Notes: generated from the sequence alone by a model not told the origin. A stretch of DNA of 64,000 nt from the human T2T-CHM13v2.0 reference genome, Homo sapiens (GCF_009914755.1 NC_060942.1), one strand, 5' to 3'. Shown: positions 11,445-29,265, numbered from the stretch's first letter. Made by a program: numbers and translations.

Positions 11445-12285
11445 AAAAACAAAAAGTTTTTAATCAAGCTAATATATGTACATAGTTAAGTCAAATGTTA
11501 CTACAAAACTTATAATGAAAGAGAAATGTCTTCTGCGTCATCCCTCCTTACCCCTTTTTTGTCCCGACCAACAACTTGGAACTTATCCTGTAATTTCTTA
11601 ATTTATCAATTATAGGCATCTAGTGATTTCATGTTATGGAAAATGAAGATTTAAAACTAATACCCTCTGTTACTACCATTCCTTTCAACATGATTATATC
11701 ACAATTTTTGTTTAAATTAATGACAAGTATTTACATTATTATTTTTACATTTTGTTTTTAATAAAACGTTTTTCCACTTTTCACATGATTTAATACTTGT
11801 ATCTTTTAAATTTTCCAGAACTGTTTACCCCTGTAAATTTTGTTTCTCACATGCTCAAATGTGTAGGGTAAGAGATAATGTATGGCATTAACATCATGAC
11901 TATCCAAACATCAGTAGTATAATGTCGTACCAATACTTTTTCCCATTGAGAATCTCAAAGTCTATACAATATCTAGTATTTTATTTTAATTTATGGAATG
12001 AGGAGGACTAAAATCCTTACTAGTGACTGAAAACAAAAGCAGAAAACCTTAGTCTTCTATGAAGCCCATGAATGGGATTTAGGAGTTTGTAGACTCACCC
12101 AAAATTGTATTAATAGGTAAAGATTTTGACATGCATTTCTCTGGAGGAGAGCCTATAGCTTTCCAAAGAAGCCTGTTATCCCCAAACAGTGATTGTTACT
12201 CAGTTACAGCCATGGAAGGGGCTCTGTAAGCTGTGATTCTCAGTATACTTTGGGTTCATAAACCTGTTTAAAAAGTCTAATAAAA

Positions 12286-12614
<329 letters not shown>

Positions 12615-13271
12615 TTAAGTGTAATTTTAGAGGTTCTTCAATCCTCCACAACCCATTCTCAGACTTCTTGAACTTAGTTCTGCTCTTCGGTGGTTGGAGT
12701 TTAAATCTTTAATTCTCTTTTGTATAACTTTCTCTTTTTTGCTTTGGAAATACTTTATTACTGATTTTTAAATTTTAAATATTAAATTATAATGGCCATT
12801 TTGTGTGTTTTGCTCCAGACTTGGTTTACCACTTCTAAATGACATATGTCAAGTTTTAACTTTGCAATTCATGATAACCAGCTACACAATAATCGTCAGC
12901 TAAGATGGTTCAGCATATATAGTGTATTAATTATCACAGTTTTTCCTACTTCTAAAAATTATTATCTGGCTGTTCTTCATTAACTCTTTCATTAATAAAT
13001 ACTGTTGATACTGAACCTGAGAGGTTCCCCAAAGCCAAAGTGGTGCCCTCATTAGGGTATATTTCTTTTCTCTTTGGTTTTTTCCTCTTAGGTTTCCTCC
13101 TTGTAGCACTTCCATTCTGTTTTGATTCTATTTCCCAGATAGTAATAGTGTGTCTACCTCTCAAAATATCAAAAAGCTAGCTGGGCATGGTGGCATGTAC
13201 CTGTAGTCTCTGTCAAGGCCAGCCTGGGCAACATAGCAAGACCTCATCTCTTAAAAAAAAAATTAAATTAA

Positions 13272-13598
<327 letters not shown>

Positions 13599-14439
13599 TA
13601 AACAATTTGGGACCATTGCCATTCATTTATTTATTGCTTTATAAATTGCCTATTAGTAGGTTCCAGTAAAACCTCATGATGATGAAAATTCAGATATAAT
13701 GCATATTCTGTCTTCTGCCTAATACTTCTTAAATGCAGGATGGTGATGTGTGTTTGAGAGTGAGTCCCTCAATTCCCAGGATTTCCTCTGCACAGTCTTC
13801 CTGGATTGGTCCTGTGAAATGGGCATCAACTAACAGAGATTTCCCAGAATGGCTGCCACTGTTACGGAAGTATCATCAACCAGAGCACCAAGAACCATCT
13901 GTGTTGATACTTAAACAGTATGGCCAGTTGTCATCAGACTGCAGTTTGCAGCTAAGATCAGGGGATTTATTTCGTAACTACTGCTGACCCCTGGAATTTA
14001 TGGCTCGATAGCAGTACAGACTCACCTTGGTCATTTCATTCATCTCAGAATAGGATGACACTACGTTTTTATGAGCCTGGATTTTGGGAGGAGCCTATTT
14101 TGTAGTTTTAGGATATTTTAGTAATTTCAGCAAATTTTTCATATGCAAGCATAAACCATATAGATGCACTGAAGTTATCAAAGAATTATCTGTGATTCCT
14201 GACTTCAAGGAATTTATAGTCTAGTTAAGAAGATGAAACAGCAGAAAAATTTAGCAAATAATATATGTAATCAAATACCAAATTATAAGGTATACATTCC
14301 AAAAACTACAGAAATTTAAAGAAATATATCAAAAGTTAAGCCACCTCCCCCCCACTACTTTAAATCTTTGCTATTAAAATTACTGCTCTCTGTTAATTAT
14401 GATAATTCCTTTTTATTCAAAAATCTAAGTGAACTTATG

Positions 14440-15688
14440 CCACTATCATGTTGCCTTGGTTATTGTTGCCTTATAGAAAGTCTTGAAATCAGGTAGATTA
14501 AATCCTCTTTCTTTGTCTTTCTCAGGATTACTCTAATGTTCTAGATCTTTTGCATTTGCATATAATTTTTTGTTTGCTTTTGAGACTGGGTCTCACTCTG
14601 TCACCCAGGCTGGAGTACAGTGGCACAATCATGGCTCACTGCAGCCTTGACCTCCCAGGCTCAAGCAGTCCTCCTGCCTCCCAAGTAGCTGGGACTGTAG
14701 GCATGTGCCACCATGCCTGGCTTTTATTTATTTATTTTTTCTGTAAGACAAGGTCTCACTATGTTGCCGAAGCTGGTTTCAAACTCCTGGGCTCAAGTGA
14801 TCCTTTTGCCTCAGCCTCCCAAAGTGCCACCATGCCTTGTCCATATAAATTTTAGAATCAGCTTATTAGTTTCTATTAAAAAGTCTGTTGGGAGTTTGAT
14901 TGCTCTTGCACATATTAGATTTGTTCTTCAGCAGCTTTTTGCGGATGTTATTATAAATTGTATTTTAGCTGGATGTGGTAGCACACCCCTGTAATGCCAG
15001 CTACTCAGGAGGCTGAAGCAGGAGGATTGCTTGAGCCCAGCAGTTTGAGTTACAGTGAGCTATGATTACACCACTGCATTCTGGCCTGGGCAACAGAGCG
15101 AGACCCAGTCAATCAATGAGTCACTCAATAGAATTGTTTTTACATTTCAATTTCCATTTGCATATTGCTAGTATATATAAATACAATTTTTGTATATTTT
15201 CCATATATCCTGTGACCTTGCTTAAACTTATTCTGGTATCTTCTCTACAGATTACTTAGTATTTTCTATATAGCAATCATACAAACTAAAAGAATAAAAA
15301 ATGCAGAAGTAGAACCACACATATGTATAAACAGCAACTCAAATTAAGAAAAAAAAGAACCACACATATAGTCAATTACTTTTTTTATAGAAGTGCCAAA
15401 GTAATATGGGAAAGGATTGTTTCCCACAAATAGGGCTAAACCAAGTAGATATCCGTATACCAAAAACAAAAAAACCCAAACAAAAAAACCTTAACTTTAC
15501 TTCACAACTTACGCAAAAATTAAATGAGTTATAGACCTGAATGTAAAAGCTTAAACCATAAAGCCAGCCAGGCCTGTTGACTCATGCCTGTAATCCCAGC
15601 ACTTTAGGAGGCTGAGGCAGGAGAATAGCTCAAATCTAGGAGTTCGAGACCAGCCTGGGCAACATTGTGAGATCTCATCTCTACTGTA

Positions 15689-15721
<33 letters not shown>

Positions 15722-17135
15722 TTAGCTGGGTGTGGTGGCATGTGCCTGTGTCCCAGGTACTTGGGAGGCTGAGATGGGAGGATCACTTGAGCCTGGGAGG
15801 TTGAGGCTTCAGAGAGCCATGATGGCGCCACTGCACTCCAGCCTGGGCAACAGAGCAAGACCTTGTCTTAAAAATAAAACAAAAAACAAACACAAAAAAT
15901 TAGTATTAGTATATTATCTGACAATGAGGTGCACAAAGGTTTTTAGGAGACAGAAAGCCATAATCTTAAAAGAAAAATTAATAAATAACACTTCATCAAA
16001 AACTAAACTTCTGCTCATCAAAAGATACCATTAAGAAAACAAATAGGAAAGCCACAGTAGGGAGAACATATTTGACAAAGGACTGGAATCCAGAACTCTG
16101 AAAATTTAATAATAAAAGGACTGGCTGGGTGCGGTGGCTCATGCCTGTAATCCAAGCACTTTGGGAGGCTGAGACGGGTAGATCACTTGAGGTCAGGAGT
16201 TTGATACCAGCCTGGCCAACATCGTGAAACCCCTTCTCTACTAAAAATGCAAAAATTAGCCAGGCGTGGTGGCACGCACCTGTAGTCCCCAGCTACTCAG
16301 GAAGCTGAAGCAGGAGAATTGCTTGAACCCAGCAAGTAGAGGTTGCAGTGAGCCAGCATCATGCCACTGCATGCCAGCCTGGGTGAAGAGGGAGTGAGAC
16401 ACCATCTCCAAAATAAATGAATAAATAAAAGGACAAATAACTCTATAAAAATGGTCAAAAGATTTAAACATCCACTTTACTAAAGGAGATATACAGTTAG
16501 CAAATAGGCAAGTGAAAGCATTATTAGTGATTAACAAAATAGAAATTATAACCACAACCAGTTACTACAATTGCCCACTTAGAATGACTAAAATTAAAAG
16601 ACCAATAAAACCAAGTATTGGTTAGGATGTGGAACAATTAGAATTTGTATACATTGCTGGTGTTTTTTTTTTAAAGCAGGCACTTTGAAAAACAAATTGG
16701 TGGTTTCTTACAAAGTTTGACATATATTTATCATGTGACTCAGCTATCCCACTTCTAGGTATGTACCCAAGAGAACATAGGACACCTTTCCAAGCAAATA
16801 CTTGTACTAAATGTTTGTAGCAGCTATTATTAGCCCCATACTGGAAGCGAAGCCAAATGTTCAGGTAGTGCTGGGATAAACAAATTGTGCAAATTGTGGT
16901 GCACCTATGCAATGAATACTACTTAGTGAAATGTCAATGATGGAAAAGCTCAGGAAACTTAAAGAAAAATCCCCATTGTGCACATTTATGTGAGAAATAG
17001 ACATGATAAAGAATTAAGCTGACACTCGGGAGGCTAAGGCAGGAGTATTCCTTAAGCCCAGGAGTTTGAGGCTGCAGTGAGCTATGTGCCACTGCACTCC
17101 AGCCTGGGTGACAGAGTGAGACCCTATCTCAAAAA

Positions 17136-17165
<30 letters not shown>
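14440..17165. mobile_element. Old L1M fragments interrupted by Alus
   Basis: L1 ORF2/3'-like sequence with Alus at ~14567-14838(-), 14968-15108(+ monomer), 15566-15880(+, (TA)n in linker), 16123-16429(+) and 17018-17160(+ partial). Confidence 0.82.
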
Positions 17166-17166
<1 letters not shown>

Positions 17167-18170
17167 GAAGCTGAGATCAGGTACCTTCTGACCACACTTC
17201 AAAGAAACATAATAAAAACAAATGAGAAATTCCCATCTTGAAGAATATGACATAACATTACCAAAGTTTCAGCTCTGCATACCCCGCCAGTATCAAGAGT
17301 TGTAACCAGAGGGCATGCATGGTTCTAAGACCTAAACGAAATGATCGGTTTATCTTTTGAATCTTTAGCTCTTTTCTTGATCTCATTTTAAAAAATTTTT
17401 AAATTATGCTAGACATTTGCTAGGCATTTTCATATGTTATTTTACTTAATCTTCACATTAGCCCTGTGAAATAGGTTTTAACTGTCACCATTTTGGAGCT
17501 GAGGAAGTAGATGATGGAGTTTTGACCTAGGTCCCCTGACTCCCAAGTGCACTTATTTTGCTCCTCAGTCTCTTTCTTCATTAGGGTTCAGCTGTTCTCA
17601 TACGGTTCTTCAGCTGCCCTAGGTTCTTGGGTAGGATTTTCTGCTTACTTTAATGCATAATTTTATGTACGAATTAAGCATTACCTTCTCACCTAAAGCA
17701 AAGTTTCTTTTCACAGAGTGAGGAAGAGCTCAAATATGCAGCAAGGGGAAGTGAACTTATTAGGTCATTAAAGTAAATCTAAATCCAGTATGAAGACTCA
17801 TTATTATAACTTTTCAGGAAATATTTAGAGTTCTAAGGAGTTGATTATCTCCATTGCTTTATAGTGGAGATTGAAAGAGATCTGTCTTTGAACTCTACTG
17901 TGCTTTGTCCTTTTTAACTGTTCTTGGGTGGAATTACCATAATAAAAATGATTTTTAAAACTTGCTGTTTTACTTCAGAAAGTTTGTTGCCCCATCCATT
18001 TTTTTCTACTTTAACAGCAACTGTTACCATATGAGAATAACATTGCAGCAGCTGAAGGAGAAAGTAGCCAGCAGTGTTCGGTGTTATTTATTCCTTATGA
18101 GTAGTTATAGTTTTCATGTTCTTTACTGTTGTCAAATTTTAACCATTTAACATTTGTTCTTCTCGTTCAG

Positions 18171-18257
18171 GGTAATGCAAACCTGGATATCCAGAATGTG
18201 AACCAACAAACTGCCCTACACCTTGCTGTTGAACGACAGCATACCCAGATTGTTAGG
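18171..18257 (+). CDS. MIB1: MIB1 coding exon 14, ankyrin repeat
   Basis: ttcag|GGT AAT...GTT AGG|gtaaag; encodes [29 protein letters not shown]; 87 nt. Absent from the ORF track; read by hand. Confidence 0.96.
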
Positions 18258-19130
18258 GTAAAGTATTGACATACATTTTAGCTTATAATTACATTTTAAC
18301 CATACAGATTTTTAGAACTTCCTGAAAATTGAAATGATACAGTGTTACATGTCTCAAGCTGGCATAGTTAGATATAAGTAAATCTAAATATCTAAATACA
18401 ATGTGATCTGCCAAGACAGATGAGACCATATGCTTGAGATTGGCTTCTATATATAGATGGTACTTTTCTAAAGCTCTTCAGTAAGTATCGTAGAAGGGAT
18501 TAGGAAAATTGTTAAAGCACCATAAGCAAAGTTTTAATAAACTTATATTTACTGCTTAAGTAATCTATTGAAATATGTCAACTGTGCATTTTTATTTAGG
18601 GGGTTGTAGTTTAGCAAACACTGTTCGTATTTATTGTTATTTGAAATTCCTCTTGATATCCTCCATGGCTTTCTTCATGACCATACATTTGGAGAAAATT
18701 GACCAAAAGAGAATGGAATCAATAATAACAGTTCCTTGTTTGTTTACATAATAGAAGAATTTTGAACATTATGGTTTGGTCCTGGTGGAAGTGCTTAAAA
18801 TATCTCAAGTCATACATCTAAAGTTGAAAAGAGAAATAAAGTCCTAAATATCCCTCCGTTATCATCATCTTAGAGTAGATGAATTAAGCAACATATTGAT
18901 TCTCATATATTTTTATTTTCTCTAATTCAATATATTTAAATAACCAGAACACGTGACTCTTTGTAAGGAGCCACAGGGTTGGAGAAGAGTAGAAGGCAAA
19001 AGCATAAAAATGATTAGCTTTAGTGGTAACTTCTTCAGTAGGCCAGGGTGTTCTCACCATTACTTTAGATATGTTGAAGTTTCTTATGGATGTGGACACT
19101 TTGCCAAAATGAGACATCTTTCTCTTTTAG

Positions 19131-19367
<237 letters not shown>

Positions 19368-19487
19368 TAACCTGTATTGGATAAAATATTTTATCAGAGC
19401 TATGTACTTAGAAACTTAGTTTATGAACTTAGTACTAGTCAGTACTAACTTATTGCTCCACATTTTTACCAAAAGTTGTTCAGTTCT

Positions 19488-21230
<1,743 letters not shown>

Positions 21231-21964
21231 AGAGGGTAAAAAGGTTCTGAGACCAAAGTGTTTGAGACCTCTGCCTTATTTATGACCATGGGTAAGTTCT
21301 CTTAGCTCGGTGTGCCTCTTTTTTTCTCATTTTAAAATGGGAAGAGGAGAGCACTTACCTCGATAAGGTTGTTGTAAAGATCATGGAAAGTGTGTAAAAT
21401 AATACTTGATCCATTTTAGACACTCAATAAATGTTAACAGTTATTGTGACTATTTTCACATAAGATGATGAGAAGAATCTCAGATAATATTATCAGAACC
21501 TAATTTGTCTCATTCTCCGTATCTTGGCTCAATTCCTAGTCATTGGTTCTTTTCTCAGTTGTCTCTCCTGTCATTGTTTCAAGTTGGTTGCTAGCTGCTC
21601 CAGAGCCAAATTAATTAGGAAAGAGAGTACTGTTTCTTTAGTATCTCAATCAGAAGTTCCACTTTTGAGTTCTGTTGGGCTTAATTGACTTGATTTGTGT
21701 TATGTGTCCATCCCGGTTCTAGCCATATAGGTAAGGTAGAGGTATCTGACTGGTTTGGGCCATGTTTGGTCCACCTCTGCAGCTGGAGAATGTAGGTCCA
21801 CCTCTACAACTGGAGAAAGCATACTTGTGTGTATGCTTGAGAAAACCAGGGGTAGAGTGGTGGGGAGGGAACATTAGGACTAGAACTCATAAGTGTCCAC
21901 CACACACACATACATATATATGATGACAAGAATTGATGGCAGATTCCTAGAGGGAAAATCATGA

Positions 21965-22225
<261 letters not shown>

Positions 22226-22544
22226 TAATGGAGGACGTGGCTACTTGAAAATGTCTTCATCTTTGCTCTTCCTGTATATTTGTGTTGACCCTTTCTTTCC
22301 TGAAATTTTTCTTCCTTGAAAATTTTTCTGCAGGCAGCATGTCTCTTATTTTATGCCATATTCCCCACATTATTGAGTGCAATGCTCTATACTTAATAAG
22401 TTCTGAGAAACTTTTCTAAACTAGTCTGATCTTCTAGTACTCCCATGTGTTAGAGGGATTTATGAGAAAAAGTCTTCTAGTAAAATTGCTGTTGTTAATG
22501 TTACATGTATTTTAAATTGTATTTATTTTTTATTGTATTATTAT

Positions 22545-22664
22545 TATTTTTTAAAAATACGTCTTGCTGTGTTGCCCAGGTTGGGCTTAAACTCCTGGGC
22601 TCAAGCAATCCTCTTGCTTCATCCTCAGTAGCTGGGACTGTATGCATGTGCCACTGTGCCTGGC
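22545..22664 (-). mobile_element. FLAM/Alu monomer
   Basis: GTCTTGCTGTGTTGCCCAGG...AACTCCTGGGCTCAAGCAATCCTC...GCCACTGTGCCTGGC. Confidence 0.8.
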
Positions 22665-23216
22665 TCTATATTTAAAATTTAAATAGAATCTTCCTAAGAC
22701 AGGCAACTTATACTCCATGAACAGGGTATATCTCACACAAACTGTAGCACCCTGCTCAGTGCCTGACAGGTGCACTCAGTATCAGTGGAGAATGAACAAA
22801 TGAATGCACCAAGTCCTGGTGGAGTTTTCTCTAAAGATGATCATTTCACATTTGTCTCTTTTTCTGAAAGATATGTCAGTGATTTTAATTATTATTTATG
22901 ACATAACTAATTTCCTTATGAGATTTTATGGATGTACAAAAAGGTACACATCTCATTGCTTTTTTAAATCTGAACAGTGCTGTGCAACTGTTGTTGCCCT
23001 TTGTACCTGGTTCTTGTCACTGAAATTTCAGTAGCTGTTCCTTAACCTTAGTGTTCCTTGCCTCTCTCATAATTTATGTGTAGTGATGAAATGTCATCTC
23101 TTTGGTATCTGTGCATAGAACTGTGTTATAGAGGAAATTAATATAGTGAGGTATATACATTTCTTTAAGTGTATTGTTAAGGAACATGAAATTCTATTAC
23201 AAAAAGAGAATGCATC

Positions 23217-23500
23217 GGCCGGGCGTGGTGGCTCACACCTGTAATCTGAGCACTTTGGGAGGCCGAGGCGGGTGGATTGAGGTCAGGAGTTCAAGACCAG
23301 CCTGACTAACATGGTGAGACCCTGTCTCTACTAAAAATACAAAAACTAGCTGGGCGCATGCCTATAATCCCAGCTACTTGGGAGGCTGAGGCAGGAGAAT
23401 TGCTTGAACCGGGAGGCGGAGGTTGCAGCAGTGAGCCGAGATCACACCACTGTACTCCAGCCTGGGCAACAAGAGCAAAATTCTGTCTCCAAAAAAAAAA
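23217..23500 (+). mobile_element. AluS
   Basis: GGCCGGGCGTGGTGGCTCAC start, dimer structure and A tail. Confidence 0.94.
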
Positions 23501-24211
23501 ATCTATAAATATAAAGATATAAGGCACTATAATTATTGCAGTAATAACTTTTAAACAATGGAGTCTAAGGTGGACCCTCTGTGTACGTGTTGTGTACGTG
23601 TTCGTGAGTTTCTGAAGATTGTGGTAGAAACAGGGCATCCCTTTTCTGTAGCTGTAGGTGGTCATATGTATTTCTGTTCCTTGTATCTGTGTTTACGGAT
23701 GCAGTCTATCTTTCTGTAATATAATTTTATGTTCCTTAAGGATACACTTAAAAATGTCAAAACAGCAGCTGAAGTGTTAAATTTTCCAAAGTGCCCTATC
23801 TGTTGTGGACTCTGATGATGCTTTGTTCCGTCTTTAGTAAGGCAACTAACATGGGGGCTAGTGAGGATTTTTGTTTTATTCCTATGCCTTCCTCTGCTGG
23901 TTCTATATAGATACAACAGGTTCTGAGCAAAATTTTGTTTATGCTAAGTTTTTTTTTTAATTGCTGTTTTTTATTTCATTGTTAGAAGATTCACCCTTTT
24001 CCATTGGGTGAGTGAGTGTTCAGTTTGAAGTTTGAATTGTGTTAGAAGTATCTAAAGATGCAGAGACGCATATAAACACAAAAATTTAATGTTTCACATA
24101 CAGATGTTAAAGCTTAATTTTTTAATATGACTAGTTTTTATGTATACTAATGATGCTCCAGGTATATTTTAAAACATTTTAATTAGTGAATTTGTAATAA
24201 GATAGGCTTGA

Positions 24212-24439
<228 letters not shown>

Positions 24440-27400
24440 TAATATAGTATTTTGTCATTTTATGAAGTTGAGACTAGAATTAATGATAAATAAGATTTAA
24501 TGACATCATGCGTCTGTGTAATTTTGCTCTTCCAAACAATGATTTAAATATAGGAATATATAATTTCTGCATTTATCAGATCAGAATTTCTTATTTTATT
24601 GCTTGTTTACAGTCTTGCTTATTAATGTACTGATTTGCTAAGTTAATTATTGTTTGAGTTTATTGATACACCATTTTTACTGTCAAATTTTTTTAGCTCT
24701 TAATGTGTTTCCTTCATTATATCTAAAGTATGGTAAAGTTAAAATTATCTACCATTTTGCTTTCAAAGCTCCCTATAACCTAAGGATACATTTACTTCCA
24801 CTTTGGATTATAGTTACTTATATGTTGCACTTTTTTTGGAGTACAAAAACTGTTTTGCATTCATGTTTGTAAAATAATTCATTTTTTTGGTAGAATGTCA
24901 CACATTCTAGATTTGATTGTTCTATCGTGGTGTTGTTTAACTTGCTATCTTCTGTGTTTCCTGTAAGCTGGAAGTTAGATGTAATAGTTTGATCAGGGTC
25001 AGCTTAACATTTTTGGCAAGAAAGCTTCACAGTTGGTGCCACACACTTTACATTATGTCCCATCTGGAGGCAAATAAAGTCTTGTCTCCCTGTAATTAGT
25101 GATGGCCAAAATCTATATCTACTCTGAACTTTTTCTCTCTCCTGACTCCTTTTGCTTTTTGAGAAGTATAGTTCTTTTCTGAGTAACTTAGTGCTTTATT
25201 ATAACTGTACCAGATTACTAATTTTGGTTTACTGAAATAATTTATTTTTTAGTTTTTCAATACTCAAATGTGTGTGTGTATTGCATATAAAGTGAAATTT
25301 GAGTTTCTTACAAATGTTTCTCTCAAGGTGAATAGTTTAAACCAAAGAGCATGTTGGTTTTGAAGTAAAAACTCATGGAGTTTATACTCTTTTTCCATTC
25401 CCTTCTTTTTATAATCTTTATTTCTGTCTTGCTATTTATTTTTTCTTAAGCTATTCATTAACCATCATTAATAAGAAAGGAGCTGTTAGTAATTATCATA
25501 ATGAATTAGCTGGCAGGGACTTAAAAGGTGTTGCCTTGCCCCTGCTTCTTCTACTTTCAACCTTCTAAGCCTGGATGGTTTTTATGATCCAAATTAATGT
25601 ATCTTTCGTAGAATTTTTGGCACAGGAAAAAGCACAAGGAAGTTATTTTTGATAGGAATACTGGAGTGCTTGTATGTATGTAGCTGCTTGATCAATTCAT
25701 AAAGCTGAGAAGGGTGAACTAATAGCACTTATTGTGTGCCAGACACTGTGTTGGCATTTCATTTGTATTAAATAGGTGTTAACCCTGCTTAATAAATTAA
25801 TGTGGATCATTCTACTTAGCATTTATAATTCGCTTTAGCTACCTGTTTACGAAGTAATAGTTTGGGAAAGAATACAAAAGAAGAACAAAAATTTAAGCCA
25901 TTCTTTTGTCTTTAGATTGATCTGTGTATTCTGCCATTGTGTTTGAAACTTTTTGTTAGATTAAGCCCTATTTCAACAAACCTTTATTGAACATCTGTTT
26001 TATAGTCAAGACAAAGATGTATATAATAATTACCTGCTAAAAATGTGTAATCTATTGGTAAACTATGACTTATATATAAGCAACTCTGCCATATTGGGTG
26101 TTGTAGGTGCTTTAAGAGAGTTAAAAACTGAGTAGGAGTTCAGAGCCTCTGGTTGTCAGAAGCAGAGTCTCAGCTATGAAGTTATTCTTATAAAAGCTGC
26201 AGCTCAAAGAAATGGACTGACATCTGGTTCTTGAATGCAGGTCTCTTGATTCTTAAGCCCCTGTTCTTTTCACTGTGTTATGATGCATAGACAAAATTAA
26301 GAACGATGTCTGCAAGGGATAGTTGATGGAACAGAGGAGAGAGGAAAGAGGAAAGAATATGCTTTCGTTCTTTTTCAGACCTTTTGAATATAGTTATTCT
26401 GAGAATTAATAGGCTTGCAATTTGATTTTTAAATTATGAAAGTTTTATAATTTATAATCTTATAAATTTATAATCTATAGAAAAGTAGAAAAACTACGGA
26501 TATACCCACCCAACAGATTTGCCAGGTTGGTTGTAGAGCCTTTGACTACGAAGAAATAGTGACCCCAAGTGGTTAAAGGATAATGAATGTCTTCATTGAA
26601 GAAAAACAAATTACAGTATTTGGAGGGAGGTATAAACAAGCATGGGATCCTTTTCTGTTAGAGAAATACAAAGAAGGAAATTAATTGAATTAACATGAAC
26701 TATTTCAGTTGAAGTAGCAAAAATACATTTTAAAAAGTGCTAGCAAGGAAAATGGCAAACAGGCACTCTCTAAACACTGCTGGAGGCTAGGTGGCCAACC
26801 CGGCTATATGTACAAACATTACACAATATGCTTTGGTTTAGTAACTCCACTCCTGGAAGTATAACCTGAGGAAATAATTGGAGGAAAAGGTATGGCTACA
26901 GTTTTTTTTTCTTATAATAGCGGAATAGGTACAGATATGGTTTTTAGATCAGTTTGCTGTATTATTTTAAACTCTTCAGAAACAATTCAGACAAAAAGAC
27001 AAATGCAATGGAAATCATTTTAAAAATCAACATGTTATATAGAAAGGAGAAGATAATTATTATGTATTAGGCACTGATTTTATATATTACACATTGAACT
27101 ACTTTATACATATCTGATTTACTCTTTATCACTCTGTGAAGGATTATTCTTTATTGTTTAGATAAATAATGTTGTAGCTCAACAATGTTAGGTAATTTGT
27201 TGGTGTTGGAGGTAGATTTTGAATCCAGGAATGTCAGTGTCTTGATCAACTATGTCTTACTGCATTCTGCATTCTGCTTTTTCTATACTTACATAAATTC
27301 TATGTACATACTGAGGTGTAAGTTGGGAAAGTCCATAGAGAGAAAGAGAGAGAGCACACGTGCATGTATTTGGTTGTTTGGATGATGCTGTAGGTGAGTA

Positions 27401-28178
27401 GTAGTTACCATTTTTGGTGACACAAGAGATGGCTAAATGTGACTGTGTGTTAGAAGGGAGAATAGGTGAAAGACAGATGAGTAGCCAAGGGCTATGGGGT
27501 AGGGATATAGGAAGCCAGAGCCAAGGTGGTTAATAGTTAAATGTCCAAGCTCAGATTAAGTGGACATGAAGAAGAGGTGAAAGTGAGGGAGATTATGAAT
27601 AGGCTGTGGAAGTCTTGCTAGAGATCAGGGAAAAAGAATAGCCCAAAGCTGTGGGCTTCAGGCAGCATGGGAATTGACCAAGTCCTGGAAAAGGGCACTT
27701 TAAGGTAGAGTTTCTTAAATGTGGGTAAACAGAAAAATCCCTCTTGGATTTTAGCAATTTGGCTAATCTAGCTAGATTTTTATTAATATTAGAAATCTGT
27801 CTTTCAGTCATTTCTTATTTTACTACTTTATTTGTTCGTTGTCTTTTTTAGTTTCCCCTCAAAAGTAGTTTTTGGGGGAAAAAAATATTGAAGCCTCCAG
27901 AGGCTTCCTCAGAGGAAATGGAGTTTTTTCTATTCTATATTTTAGGACAGATAGGGAGATGAAGGTAGAATAGAAATAAGTGCCTGTTAAGCTAGGGTAT
28001 ATAAAGATGTGAAAATGAATAACCAGGAAAGTAGAGGATGGGAGGAAAGTGTGTGTTAAATTTCTCTGTGCCTAGGTGTTTTCTTACAGAGGAAATACAT
28101 TTGGATATAATTGAACTTGTTAAGAGTTACTAGATTTATCTGTAAATGGTCACTGTGCTGTAACCTCTTTTTCTATAG

Positions 28179-28257
28179 ATTGAAGAATGTGTGGTATGCT
28201 CTGACAAGAAAGCAGCTGTTCTTTTTCAACCCTGTGGCCACATGTGTGCTTGTGAGA
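28179..28257 (+). CDS. MIB1: MIB1 coding exon 18, RING2 first half
   Basis: ctatag|ATT GAA...GAG A|gtaagt; encodes IEECVVCSDKKAAVLFQPCGHMCACE; 79 nt. Confidence 0.96.
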
Positions 28258-28892
28258 GTAAGTAGCCTATGCAGAGTTCCTCAATATTATTATAAAAATA
28301 GAAAGTGAAACAAAAATTATGTTTTTGAGGGTTTTTTTGCTTTTGATTTTGGATAACTCATAAAAAAGTTGATGGGCCTCGAGTACCTTCTATTTCTTTC
28401 TCTGTACTAGAACGTCAGCTGTTTCCCTCCATGCGTCTGAGCATTAGGGAAGACTGAATATGCTGTGTTCTGCCACCTTGGATTTTGATTTCAGTTGTAT
28501 TAGCACAAAAGGGTCTCTTTCCACACATAATAGAAATTTATTTTGAAAAATAAATGTTGAAACATTTAGTCTCGCCTTTGTTCACATATGAAATTAGCAC
28601 GTCTTCATTTGGCTTCACCTTAATATTGCCTCTCCTGTGTACTTTCCTCACTGCAGAAGAACCAACAGCAACCATTTCTGGGGCTGTAATTTCTGGCCTT
28701 CTGTAAGCTTTTATGTCAAGAGAGCTTTTAGAAATCTTTTCTTTGTGAGGGCAGTATTAAAATTTAAAAAATGTTTTTAAGTTTCTTTTAAACATATTCT
28801 CTTGAAGTCCTTTGCTTTTCATATTGCCCTTGTTCAAGTTCATACACTGTTAAATATTCTCTTCCCTTTGCTTTTCTTCATTTTGTCAATAA

Positions 28893-29084
<192 letters not shown>

Positions 29085-29265
29085 TAGGCAGCTGGTCAAC
29101 TAAAGAAAGGGTGAACGTTTTCTTCTGTAACATTTTGCCTAAAGTGACTGTTTCTGTTTACCAAAGAGTGGTATAATGGCTATTACCCAATACTATCAAA
29201 AGGGCACATAGAGAATTCTCTGTCTTAAGTAAAAAAGGACTCAGGTTACTTAAGTTTTCATAGGC

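Noticed and set aside
21540-21840. Possible ancient ERVL/MaLR LTR remnant before exon 16
   Set aside because: Resemblance is too weak to call without an alignment.
27891-27918. Overlapping short palindromes AAGCCTC-CA-GAGGCTT and TTCCTC-A-GAGGAA
   Set aside because: Stems of 6-7 bp are expected by chance in 64 kb.
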